Below are positions 40,369-51,273 of a DNA stretch of 64,000 bases, piece by piece. The notes under the pieces are model-generated. The model was not told where the DNA came from. It saw only the letters and a program-made list of their open reading frames with translations, and did no database searches. This DNA is from an uncultured delta proteobacterium. GTDB taxonomy: Bacteria; Desulfobacterota; Desulfobacteria; Desulfobacterales; JAFDCJ01. Each line of letters starts with the position of its first letter. Within the stretch, counting starts at the first letter, position 1. The stretch covers positions 224,001-288,000 of the forward strand of contig CAVYNY010000007.1 in the NCBI GenBank assembly GCA_963769935.1, in the 5' to 3' direction. A program made the position numbers and the translations under genes.

Positions 40369-41123
40369 TATTAACATTTACCCACACCGGGCTATATATC
40401 CTCGATAGAAAAGATTACCTTCTGACAAGGGGTCAGTTTTCTTGCCTGTAGGGCACCCTCAAGGGTGAATACGACACCTATGCAATTCACTTTTTTAACG
40501 TCAATCTGATCTGGAAGTTTTAATTTATATATTTTGGATTGCGATACGCAATTTAAAAAAAAAATTAAATGATGGATTGCCGCAATGAAGCAAATCTTTT
40601 AGTACTGGCAAAAAATCTTGGATTTGTTGTTCTAATCTCTCCATCATTGATTTCCACCAAAAAAATGGCGGACACTATATATTGTGGTAAGCCTTTTGAT
40701 CTCATGCTTGAAGACTACTCGATATATCTCAAAGCAAAAATTTATTTTTGTTTGTTATTAAGTACAGGAAGATTTTATTCTCATACCTTGTGCAAGATGC
40801 CCAACTATCATAATGATCAAAAATATTGCAGATACGAAATGGATATTTTATGCTTGCCCCAGTCGATTTGCGAATGTCAAACCCAAAAACCTGGAAGCTC
40901 AAGCCAGGGAAATTTCTCAAACCCCAATAAATCGGAATCTATTGCCTTGTTTCCAACTCGAAAATAATATCGTTATTTTATTCCAATTGCGGTTTAGCCT
41001 TGATTTGGATAAACTTAAGAGTGCATATTTTTTCGGTTGATTTTTGTGATCATTCGCCTTAATTACATCCGGCTGGTTCTATCCTGTGAGGATCACTGTA
41101 GGTTTTGCGGAAAGATTTAGTAA

Positions 41124-42380
41124 ATGGTATCGACGCTTATCTCCTTCGGGGCCCTTTTTACATCGGCCCTGTTTTTTCTGATGGGTGGCGGGCTGTTGAA
41201 CACCCAACTCAGCCTGCGCATGACGCAGGTTGGATTTTCAACCCCGACAATCGGCACCACTCTGGCATGCTATTTTCTGGGATTGGTGTTTGGATATTTT
41301 CTGTGCCATCGCTTGATCCGACGGGTTGGCCACATCCGATCCTTCGCTGTATTTGCTGCTGCCGGCACAATAATCGTTATCCTGCACGGGCTTTATATTT
41401 CAGCTTTGTTTTGGGCGACTCTCAGATTCTTCAACGGAATTGCCAATTTCGGCTTATTCATGGTAATTGAGAGCTGGTTGAACGAATGCACCGAGCCCCG
41501 AACACGCGGACGAGTGTTTTCCGTCTACATGACCCTAACTTACATGGGAATTGGCATCGGACAGCAACTACTCAATTTCGGCAATGGCGGTGGTCAGAAT
41601 GTGTTTTTCATTGCGGCGCTTCTCTTATGCTTAAGCCTGATTCCGGTATCCGTTACGCGATCCGTCCATCCCGAATTACCGCAGACGGCCCACTACACTT
41701 TCAATGCGCTTTTCCAGAAGGTACCTCTCGGCATGATAGGCTGCTTTGCAGCCGGCCTGACAAACAGTGCGTTTTTTTCGATGGCCCCGGTTTTCGGAAC
41801 AAAAATCGGTCTCTCCGTCTTTCAACTGTCGTGGTTCATGTCGACGACCGTTATTGGCGGCTTCGCCGTACAATGGGTCGTCGGCATTGTCTCGGACCGG
41901 TTTGACCGGACCCTCATCTTGTGCACCGTCGCGGGGCTGGCGGCATTGCTCAGCATCGTTATTTTAATGAACAACGGAACGTCTTTTTATCGGTTCCTGG
42001 TTGAAATGGCAATTTTCGGTGGACTTATTTTTGCGGTCTACCCGGTAGCCGTTGCCCGGGCGAATGACGTGTTCGAAGGCAAGGATGCGGTGGCGGTCAG
42101 TTCCGCATTATTGCTATGCTACAGCATTGGTGCCGTCTTCGGCCCCATACTGGCAGCTGCCGTAATGGCGCTGTTGAAAACTCCCTATGGATTGTATGTA
42201 TACTGGTCACTGGTCGCTGCGGTATTTGCCGTTATTACCATCTATTTAAAGCATAAGGAAAGAATCACGATCATTCCAGTGGCGGAGCAGGGAAATTTCG
42301 TTCCCATGAAGAATACGTCATCAGTTGCATTGGTGTTGGGCCCCGGGGCGGAGGCGGATGGCGATAAAGCTACGCATTGA
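41124..42380 (+). CDS. MFS transporter (YcaD-like)
   Basis: RRVGHIRSF, ESWLN, RGRVFSVY, SDRFDR, YP...ARAND. Confidence 0.88.
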   Translation: MVSTLISFGALFTSALFFLMGGGLLNTQLSLRMTQVGFSTPTIGTTLACYFLGLVFGYFLCHRLIRRVGHIRSFAVFAAAGTIIVILHGLYISALFWATLRFFNGIANFGLFMVIESWLNECTEPRTRGRVFSVYMTLTYMGIGIGQQLLNFGNGGGQNVFFIAALLLCLSLIPVSVTRSVHPELPQTAHYTFNALFQKVPLGMIGCFAAGLTNSAFFSMAPVFGTKIGLSVFQLSWFMSTTVIGGFAVQWVVGIVSDRFDRTLILCTVAGLAALLSIVILMNNGTSFYRFLVEMAIFGGLIFAVYPVAVARANDVFEGKDAVAVSSALLLCYSIGAVFGPILAAAVMALLKTPYGLYVYWSLVAAVFAVITIYLKHKERITIIPVAEQGNFVPMKNTSSVALVLGPGAEADGDKATH

Positions 42381-42571
42381 GAGATATCTCCTTTTCATCC
42401 GGCATCAGTTGCTGCCGAACCATCGTGTCTGCTCTCCTTTCTGGGAAGAAAGAAGAATAATAGATCAACGGGCAAGTTTAAAAATTACGAAACGAAAACC
42501 AAGTCAAGAATAATGAACCGGATCGGTTGAGAAAGCATTAAAAAGCGCTATCAACCCGTTCTTGTCCCCGG

Positions 42572-43351
42572 TTACCAGGAACTGGGACCAAAAGTGCTGA
42601 GCATACCGCCGTCGACGTACAAGGTATGGCCGGTAACAAAATCAGAGGCCGGGGACGCCAGGTAAACGGCGGCATTGCCCAGGTCCTCCGGTTTACCCCA
42701 TCTGGCCCAGGGCGTTTTCCATTTGACCCATTTATCAAAGGATTCATCTTCCCATAGTGCTCTGGTCAAATCCGTCTGAATAAATCCGGGGCCGATGGCA
42801 TTGACATTGAGGCCGTGTTTGGCCCAATCCACCGCCAGGGCCTTGGTCAGCTGCCGAATACCGCCCTTGGAAGCTGCATAGGGTGCGTTGTCTTCCCGAA
42901 CGGTTTCGCTCATCAGGGAGGCAATATTGATGATTTTCCCCTTTCTGCCGGTTTTAATGCGTTCTCTGGCAAAAGACTGGCACAAGGCAAAAGTTGCCGT
43001 CATGTTTAAATTGATGACAAAATTCCAGTCTTCCACAGTTAATGCATCGGCGGGGCCGCGCCGGGTTCCCCCGGCATTGTTGACCAGGATATCCACCCCG
43101 CCGGTGTCTTTGACGATATCGGCAAACAGATCACTAATTTGGCCGGTGTTGCTCATGTCAAAGGAATAAATCCAGACCCGCCTGCCTGTGGGAGACAGCT
43201 TTTCCAGGGCCTGGTCCAGAGTTTTTTTAGTACGCGCAACCAGCGCAAGGTCTGAACCTGCTTCAGCCAGTGCTTTGGCGATACCGAATCCGATGCCTTT
43301 GCTGCCGCCGGTTACCAGAGAAATTTTATCGTCCAGGCGAAATTGTTCCAT
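42572..43351 (-). CDS. SDR oxidoreductase, gluconate 5-dehydrogenase/KduD-like
   Basis: TGGSKGIG, NNAG, IAS, YAASKGG, GPGFIQT; AGGAG RBS. Confidence 0.88.
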   Translation of the reverse strand: MEQFRLDDKISLVTGGSKGIGFGIAKALAEAGSDLALVARTKKTLDQALEKLSPTGRRVWIYSFDMSNTGQISDLFADIVKDTGGVDILVNNAGGTRRGPADALTVEDWNFVINLNMTATFALCQSFARERIKTGRKGKIINIASLMSETVREDNAPYAASKGGIRQLTKALAVDWAKHGLNVNAIGPGFIQTDLTRALWEDESFDKWVKWKTPWARWGKPEDLGNAAVYLASPASDFVTGHTLYVDGGMLSTFGPSSW

Positions 43352-43499
43352 TGATTTAGCTCCTGTTTGATTATGAGTACGAATTGTTTCGGTTTGGGTA
43401 TTGATCAAAATATGATCCTTATCTAAACCGAAGTGGTATCGCATGTCAAATTTTAATCTTCTGGAAGCGGGGGCCGTGAAAAAATCCTGTTGGTCCTTT

Positions 43500-43800
43500 A
43501 AACCCTGTCAGATACAAGTCAGGGGCTTCGCCCTAATTGGAATGGTGGAATATTGGATTATTGGGAAAATGGGTTTTGGGATATTGCAATATTGGGTAAA
43601 TCGAAAAATTGGTCTTGATTTAAATGTCAGAATAGATAAAATCCTTCAAAAACCCACTATTCCATCGTTCCACCGTTCCATTATTCCATGGATTATCTGA
43701 TGAACGAAACCACCTCTCTGGGGTGGAATCAAAGCCTGGCACTCTGGGCCAGGTTTCTATACTCAACCAGTTGTAGAAATTCCGAGACGTTAAATTATGT
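43500..43800. mobile_element. ~300-bp non-coding structured repeat element (MITE-like) with 8-bp TGGAATxx arrays and their inverse
   Basis: tggaatgg-tggaatat-tggattat-tgggaaaa-tgggtttt (from 43538) can pair with aaaacccactattccatcgttccaccgttccattattcca (~43650-43688); small hairpins AGGGGCTTCGCCCT and CCTGGC-actctgg-GCCAGG; partial copies at 7603 and 24642. Boundaries approximate. Confidence 0.6.
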
Positions 43801-43841
43801 AAACAAGAACCCCTTTTTCGAAATATTAGTATGAGGCTGCG

Positions 43842-45095
43842 ATGAAACTTCCAAAGATGTACCGCCTTCGACAGAGATTCGACGAAAACAAAATTGCAAA
43901 TTTAGAGGAGACGGTGAAGGCCGCATTGGGCAAATTGTCTTTAGCCGCAATCAAACCCGGGCAGCGGGTGGCAATTACCGGCGGCAGCCGGGGAATCGCC
44001 AATATTGCCGACATTCTAAAGACCGTCGTTGATTTTGTGAAATCTTTCGATGCCCAACCCTTTATCTTTCCTGCCATGGGCAGCCATGGGGGGGCGACCG
44101 CCGAAGGGCAGGTCGCGGTGCTGGAACAACTCGGCGTGACGGAATCTTATCTGGAGGCACCCATTTTATCTTCCATGGAAGCGACAGAGATTGCCCGGAC
44201 CGAAGACGGTGTTCCGGTGTTTGTCGATAAAAATGCCCTGGCGGCCGATCATATCGTGGTGGTCAACCGGATCAAGTCCCACACCAAATTTAAGGCCCCC
44301 ATTGAAAGCGGTTTGATGAAGATGATGGCCATCGGCATGGGTAAACTGAAGGGAGCCGAGTTCTATCATAAAGCCGCTATCCAGTATTCGTTTCCCAAGA
44401 TCATAACGGATGCCGCCCGCCTGGTAATTCGAAAGACCCCGGTTTTATGCGCCGTGGGGATCGTTGAAAACGCCTATGGCCGTACTGCCCTGATTTCGGC
44501 CCTTGAACCTGACGACATTGAGGGCCGGGAAAAAGAGCTGTTGCTGCTGAGCAAGAAAATGATGGCCAAACTGCCGTTTGCCGATATCGATCTTTTAATC
44601 GTGGATGAAATGGGCAAAGACATCAGCGGCGTGGGGATCGATCCGAATGTAACCGGCAGAAATCGCGACCTGCTGGGAGTTTTTGACCATCCGGTGCAGG
44701 TAAAAAGGCTATTTGTGCGCGATCTGACGGCCAAGAGCAAGGGCAATGCGGTCGGGATCGGATTGACCGACATCACCACCCGCAGACTGGTTGACAAAAT
44801 TGACTATGCTGCCACCTACAAAAACTGCATCACCGGCATCAGCCTGGAAAAGGCCGCAGTCCCCATGCATTTTGATACCGATCGCGAGGCCATCGAGGTC
44901 GGCCTGGGTTCAATAGGATTGACTCCGCCTGAGAGAAGCAAGATTGTGAGAATAAAAAATACAAATTGTTTAGAGGTGGTTGAGGTGTCGGAAGCCTTTG
45001 CCGCCGAGATAAAAAAACGCTCCGATCTTGAAATTATCGCCGAGCCTCAGCCCATGGTGTTTAATTCTGATAATAATCTCCTGAATCTTGGGTGA
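43842..45095 (+). CDS. LarA (lactate racemase) superfamily protein, paralogue 2
   Basis: VAITGGSRGI, PAMGSHGGAT, NRIKSHTKF, ESGLMKMMAIGMGK, MGKDISGVG; collinear with paralogue 1. Confidence 0.8.
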   Translation: MKLPKMYRLRQRFDENKIANLEETVKAALGKLSLAAIKPGQRVAITGGSRGIANIADILKTVVDFVKSFDAQPFIFPAMGSHGGATAEGQVAVLEQLGVTESYLEAPILSSMEATEIARTEDGVPVFVDKNALAADHIVVVNRIKSHTKFKAPIESGLMKMMAIGMGKLKGAEFYHKAAIQYSFPKIITDAARLVIRKTPVLCAVGIVENAYGRTALISALEPDDIEGREKELLLLSKKMMAKLPFADIDLLIVDEMGKDISGVGIDPNVTGRNRDLLGVFDHPVQVKRLFVRDLTAKSKGNAVGIGLTDITTRRLVDKIDYAATYKNCITGISLEKAAVPMHFDTDREAIEVGLGSIGLTPPERSKIVRIKNTNCLEVVEVSEAFAAEIKKRSDLEIIAEPQPMVFNSDNNLLNLG

Positions 45096-45200
45096 AAGAT
45101 TTGATCCAGATTCGATGCCTCGGCCATTTTCTTCTCCTTTCTGTTTTAAATTACCTTACCGTATTGCCAATGCTTTCCAGCCTCCCAGCCTTCCAGCTTC

Positions 45201-46660
45201 TTATTTCCTTAGTTTTATCGGAACTGCGAGACTCAGATATTTATCCCTTTCTTCAAACATCAATTTTTTATCGACCATCATTTTTAAAAAGGCAACGATT
45301 TTGTCTTCAGCAAACGCCGGAAACCGGCTTCGAATACGCTTGAGAGATCGATGCTGCATACAAAAAAGATAGATCAGCCTGGAAGTCCCGACCAGACGGT
45401 GTTCTATCGAATCGGTCTGGTACAGCCGCTGTTTTATGATTAAAAATTTGCGGCCATCGCGAAAACTCAAAACCGGTGACGCTGCCGTTGCCCCTTGGAG
45501 TCCGGCGTAGGTTTTTTGCCACACGGCAACCATTTTTTTAACAGGCTGCCAGATTTTTTTCTGAAATCCCAGATCACCGCGGAAGGCCTGAATCATAAAC
45601 ACCATGGACCGTGAAATGCCGCGTGGAAATAAGCGGGACCAATTGGGATGATTAAAAACTGCTCTGATTCCATAGGCCGCAGGATTCTGCCACACCGGAC
45701 TTTCCAGACCCAGCCAGAAGTCCACGGTGTGAAGCGGTCGCAAGGGCAGGGCGAATTCAAGATTGCGCAGTGTTTCGGCCACATCCTGTTCATCGCTGCC
45801 CGGAAAATGAAGAATCAGATTTGAACAGTTTACGATACCCAGTGCCTCACAGTTTCGCATGATTTCCAGATTCTGGATTGCATTGGTACCTTTATGAAGC
45901 TTTTTCAGCAGGGACGTGCTGAGGGCTTCAATGCCGATTTGCAGTTCCTGCATCCCCGCGCACTTCATGACTTCCAGCTCCGAGGCCGGCGTGTTGGCCC
46001 GAATCTCGGCGAACAGACGCAGATCCTTTTGCAGGCGGCCAACTTTTTTAAATAGTTCCCCGGAAATTTTCCTGGGCAGCACATTATCCACGATGGACAC
46101 TGCCAGCGTTTGGTATCGGCCGGTCAGATGATCGATTTCATTTGCCACGCGAGCGGGATCTTTGCGGCGATATCCCTGCCACTGGAGGTTGAGATTGCAA
46201 AAAGCACAACCGGCGGCACGTCCCGGCATTTTGGGTGTTGACTTGCCGGATGCGATCGTTTTCTGCCACCAGCAGCCGCGTGATGTTTCAACCGGCAAAA
46301 CAGGGAAAAATACATTGACCGGAGCAAATGATTTGAGCAAAGCAAAATAATCATCGTAGTCCGGCGGCGGGAGTTGGTTCAGATTATCCAATTGACTGAA
46401 GCCGGCACCGTCATTGTCGTTCGCAACGGATTTAGGCGTCATAACGCCTTTGACGTGGGGTAGATCACCCGGATTGGAGGACGCTTTCAAGCCGGCTACT
46501 AATTGACTCAATGGCAGCTCACCCTCACCGTTGATGACAACATCAACTTCAGGAAACAGATCAAAAAGTTTCCCGGCCGCCGGGGTGGAAAAAGTCGAAC
46601 CGCCAATGACAATGACAAGCTGGGGAAACTTTTGTCGGACGACCAATAGGATGTAAATAC
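45201..46660 (-). pseudogene. 5'-truncated RiPP-maturation-type (B12-binding) radical SAM C-methyltransferase
   Basis: IVIGG, GEGE, PDYDDYF, ETSRGCWW...CAFCNLN, VDN, QIGIEALS, FPG. Upstream of ~46655 the frame runs into a 9-bp repeat, so most of the cobalamin-binding N-terminus is missing. Confidence 0.75.
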
Positions 46661-46662
46661 CG

Positions 46663-46720
46663 CAACGATCCAGACGACCCAAACGATCACAACGATCCAA
46701 ACCAATCGAGCAAACAACGG
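46663..46720. repeat. 9-bp degenerate tandem repeat (mAACGATCm-like)
   Basis: caacgatcc-agacgaccc-aaacgatca-caacgatcc-aaaccaatc. Confidence 0.75.
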
Positions 46721-46808
46721 CTTGCCATCCGATTACAGATATTCTATACATATCCCCGATGATTTTGTTTTGGCAATAAATTTTAAAAAAAATGGAATCA
46801 AATCTCTT

Positions 46809-47729
46809 ATGTTGAATAAACCGGATTTAAAGGTTGACATCGGTGGGCTGGAACTTCGAAATCCAGTGCTGACCGCCTCCGGCACTTTTGGTTATGCCCG
46901 GGAATTCGAGCATCTTGTTGACCTGAATCGACTTGGTGGCATCATCGTCAAAGGCCTGTCCCTGGAAGCCACCAAAGGCAACCCCCCGCCGCGGATTTAT
47001 GAAACACCCTGCGGCATGCTGAACGCCATCGGTCTTGAAAATTTAGGGATCGAGGCCTTCGTGAAGGAAAAACTGCCTTTTCTGCAAACGCTTAAACCGC
47101 CGCTCATTGTTAATATTTACGGCCGGCGCGAGGAGGATTATGTGCAGCTGGCGGCTCGCATCGAGGAAGTTGAGGCAATTGCCGCCATTGAGGTGAACAT
47201 TTCCTGTCCCAATGTAAAAGCCGGCGGGATGGTATTCGGCGTTGACCCGCAAGCCGCATTCAGCGTAATCAGTGCGGTTCGCAAACAGACCACGAAACCG
47301 CTGATTGTAAAATTATCGCCGAATGTCACCGACATCACTGCAATTGCCCGCACGGCGGAAGATGCCGGTGCAGACTGCCTCTCGCTGATCAATACCCTGA
47401 CCGCCATGGCTATTGATATAAACACCCGGCGCCCGAGGCTGGCGAACATTACCGGCGGGCTGTCCGGACCCGCCATCAAACCCGTAGCCCTGCGCATGGT
47501 CTGGCAGGTGGCCCAGGCTGCAGCAGTTCCCATTATCGGCATCGGAGGGATCATGTCGGCTGAGGATGCGCTGGAATTTTTTATCGCCGGTGCCACGGCC
47601 ATCCAGGTGGGCACCGCCAATTTTGTCAACCCACATGCAACCACCGATATTATTGACGGAATAGAAAAATTCCTGATTGAGAAAAATATTGAAAAAATAT
47701 CAGACGTGATCGGGACGCTGGAAATATAA
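46809..47729 (+). CDS. pyrD: Dihydroorotate dehydrogenase family 1B, catalytic subunit
   Basis: TASGTFGY, GNPPPR, MLNAIGL, EVNISCPN, VKLSPN, INT, GGLSG. Confidence 0.93.
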   Translation: MLNKPDLKVDIGGLELRNPVLTASGTFGYAREFEHLVDLNRLGGIIVKGLSLEATKGNPPPRIYETPCGMLNAIGLENLGIEAFVKEKLPFLQTLKPPLIVNIYGRREEDYVQLAARIEEVEAIAAIEVNISCPNVKAGGMVFGVDPQAAFSVISAVRKQTTKPLIVKLSPNVTDITAIARTAEDAGADCLSLINTLTAMAIDINTRRPRLANITGGLSGPAIKPVALRMVWQVAQAAAVPIIGIGGIMSAEDALEFFIAGATAIQVGTANFVNPHATTDIIDGIEKFLIEKNIEKISDVIGTLEI

Positions 47730-47731
47730 AA

Positions 47732-47830
47732 GTCGGAGTGATGGGGTGGGGGAGTAGTGGAGTAATGGAAAAGCTATTGTTCCCTGTCTTGTTATTTTAC
47801 TTCCAATACTCCAGCACTCCAATACTTCCC
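47732..47830. repeat. 8-bp TGGAGTAr array with inverted TACTCCA arm between convergent pyrD and leuA
   Basis: ggagtgat..ggagtagt-ggagtaat-ggaa ... ttccaatactccagcactccaatactt. Confidence 0.7.
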
Positions 47831-47835
47831 TTTTT

Positions 47836-49374
<1,539 letters not shown>

Positions 49375-49610
49375 TGTTATACTCCCATCATATTAGTTTC
49401 ATAGTTAAATGGTTGAATGGTTGATTAGGGAAAGCGGATTTTAACCTTTTCAATTAGACGATTTATTGGCCATTTGACTAAAACGACGAGAGCATGGGCC
49501 GCAGGACGCGGTGGGATGCAATTCCTGCGGCATTTATACCTTCCTTATTAAACACGGTTTTTCTCCTTATGAATTTGAGGATGCTTGCCGATTTTCCGGG
49601 GGCGGCTTGG

Positions 49611-51260
49611 TCATTTGGTAAATAACGGCAATTCCTCCTGAGCGGGGGTTTGTCGGCTGCGAATTTGCTTTTCGCTCGCCAGTTTGTACTGAAAGCTGTC
49701 CGCCAGCGCGTGCCAGCTGGCTTCGATGATATCTTCGGATACCCCAATGGTGCTCCAGATTTGATCCTGATCACGGGATTCGATAAACACCCGCACTTTG
49801 GCTGCGGTACCCCGGCTGCCTTCAATGACCCGCACCTTGAAGTCCACCAGGCTCATGGTATCAAGATCCGGATAAAATCGGTCCAGCGCTTTGCGCAAAG
49901 CATTGTCCAAGGCGCTGACCGGGCCATATCCCTCGGCGGCCGTGATTTCCTGCTTGCCTCCCACGGATATTTTTATCGTGGCATGGGCCGAACACGGTTG
50001 ATCTTTATCTTTTTCAATGCTTACCCGGAAAGATTCCAGTTCGAATAACGGCTCGAATTGATCGGTGAATTTTTCCATCAGGATTTTAAACGAACCCTCG
50101 GCGACGTCGAACTGGTATCCCTGCTGCTCCAGCTGTTTGATTTCAGCGACTATTTTACTGCTGTCGTATCCGTTGTTGCCCAGCTCAACACCCAATTCAC
50201 GGGCTTTGTATTCCACATTGCTTTTGCCCGACAAATCAGACACCAGTACCCGTCTTTGATTGCCAACCAGCTCAGGATCCATGTGTTCGTAGGCCCTGGG
50301 AACTTTCATGATGGCACTGACATGGATGCCGCCTTTATGGGCAAAGGCACTCTGGCCCACAAACGGCCGGTTGTTTATGGGAACCTGATTCGCAGTTTCG
50401 CTGATATATCTTGAGAGCGATTTAATTTTTTTCAGATTTTTTTCTGACAGGCAGGGGCGGTTCATCTTCAGGTTCAGGATGGGAATAATCGAATTTAAAT
50501 CCGCGTTGCCGCATCTTTCACCGTAACCGTTGATGGTGCCCTGGACCATTTCAGCTCCGGCCCGCAGGGCGGTGATTGAGTTTGCAACCGCCAAACCGCA
50601 GTCGTTATGGGTATGAATCCCCAATCTAATCGATTTTTTTCCTGAATCGGCCAGGCCTTTTTGATTCAAGGTTTGGCGCACTTCCTGAAAGATGGAGTCG
50701 ATTTCAAAAGGCAGCGTACCGCCATTGGTATCGCAAAGCACGGCGAAGTCCGCACCGCCTTCAATGGCGGCCGCCAGGGTTTGCAGGCAATAGTCACGGT
50801 TGTTTTTATAGCCGTCAAAAAAATGCTCGGCATCATAAATGACTTCACGCCCGTTCCATTTTAGAAATTGAACCGAATCGCGGATCATGGCCAGATTTTC
50901 CGCCAGGCTGTTGTGCATGACTTCTTCGACATGCAGATCCCAGCTTTTGCCGAAAATGGTGACCGTTGCGGTTTCACTGGCCAGCAGGGCTTTCAAATTG
51001 TCGTCATCGCCGGGCTGGATACGGGGCCGGCGGGTAGAGCCAAAGGCGGCGAGCCGGGCAGTTTTGAGGTTTACCCGTTTGGCCAGATCGAAAAACTGCA
51101 TGTCTTTCGGATTTGATCCAGGCCAGCCACCTTCGATATAGTGTATCCCGATATCATCCAACCGTAATGCGATCTTGATTTTTTCTTCGGCCGAAAACGT
51201 GATGTTCTCGCCCTGGGTGCCGTCTCGCAAGGTGGTATCGTATAAAAGAGTCGATTCCAT
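49611..51260 (-). CDS. cimA: Citramalate synthase
   Basis: YDTTLRDGTQGE, EGGWPGSNPKD, FGKSWDLHV, DAEHFFDG, GYGERCGN, AHKGGIH; true start at ATG 51260. Confidence 0.93.
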   Translation of the reverse strand: MESTLLYDTTLRDGTQGENITFSAEEKIKIALRLDDIGIHYIEGGWPGSNPKDMQFFDLAKRVNLKTARLAAFGSTRRPRIQPGDDDNLKALLASETATVTIFGKSWDLHVEEVMHNSLAENLAMIRDSVQFLKWNGREVIYDAEHFFDGYKNNRDYCLQTLAAAIEGGADFAVLCDTNGGTLPFEIDSIFQEVRQTLNQKGLADSGKKSIRLGIHTHNDCGLAVANSITALRAGAEMVQGTINGYGERCGNADLNSIIPILNLKMNRPCLSEKNLKKIKSLSRYISETANQVPINNRPFVGQSAFAHKGGIHVSAIMKVPRAYEHMDPELVGNQRRVLVSDLSGKSNVEYKARELGVELGNNGYDSSKIVAEIKQLEQQGYQFDVAEGSFKILMEKFTDQFEPLFELESFRVSIEKDKDQPCSAHATIKISVGGKQEITAAEGYGPVSALDNALRKALDRFYPDLDTMSLVDFKVRVIEGSRGTAAKVRVFIESRDQDQIWSTIGVSEDIIEASWHALADSFQYKLASEKQIRSRQTPAQEELPLFTK

Positions 51261-51273
51261 TTTTTTCTCCAGG

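Noticed and set aside
40569..41040. Short ORFs in the AT-rich spacer after gntR
   Set aside because: Mutually overlapping, with no RBS or recognisable family.
2237..47830. CRISPR arrays
   Set aside because: All repeats are 7-9 bp tandem units without unique spacers, and there are no cas genes.
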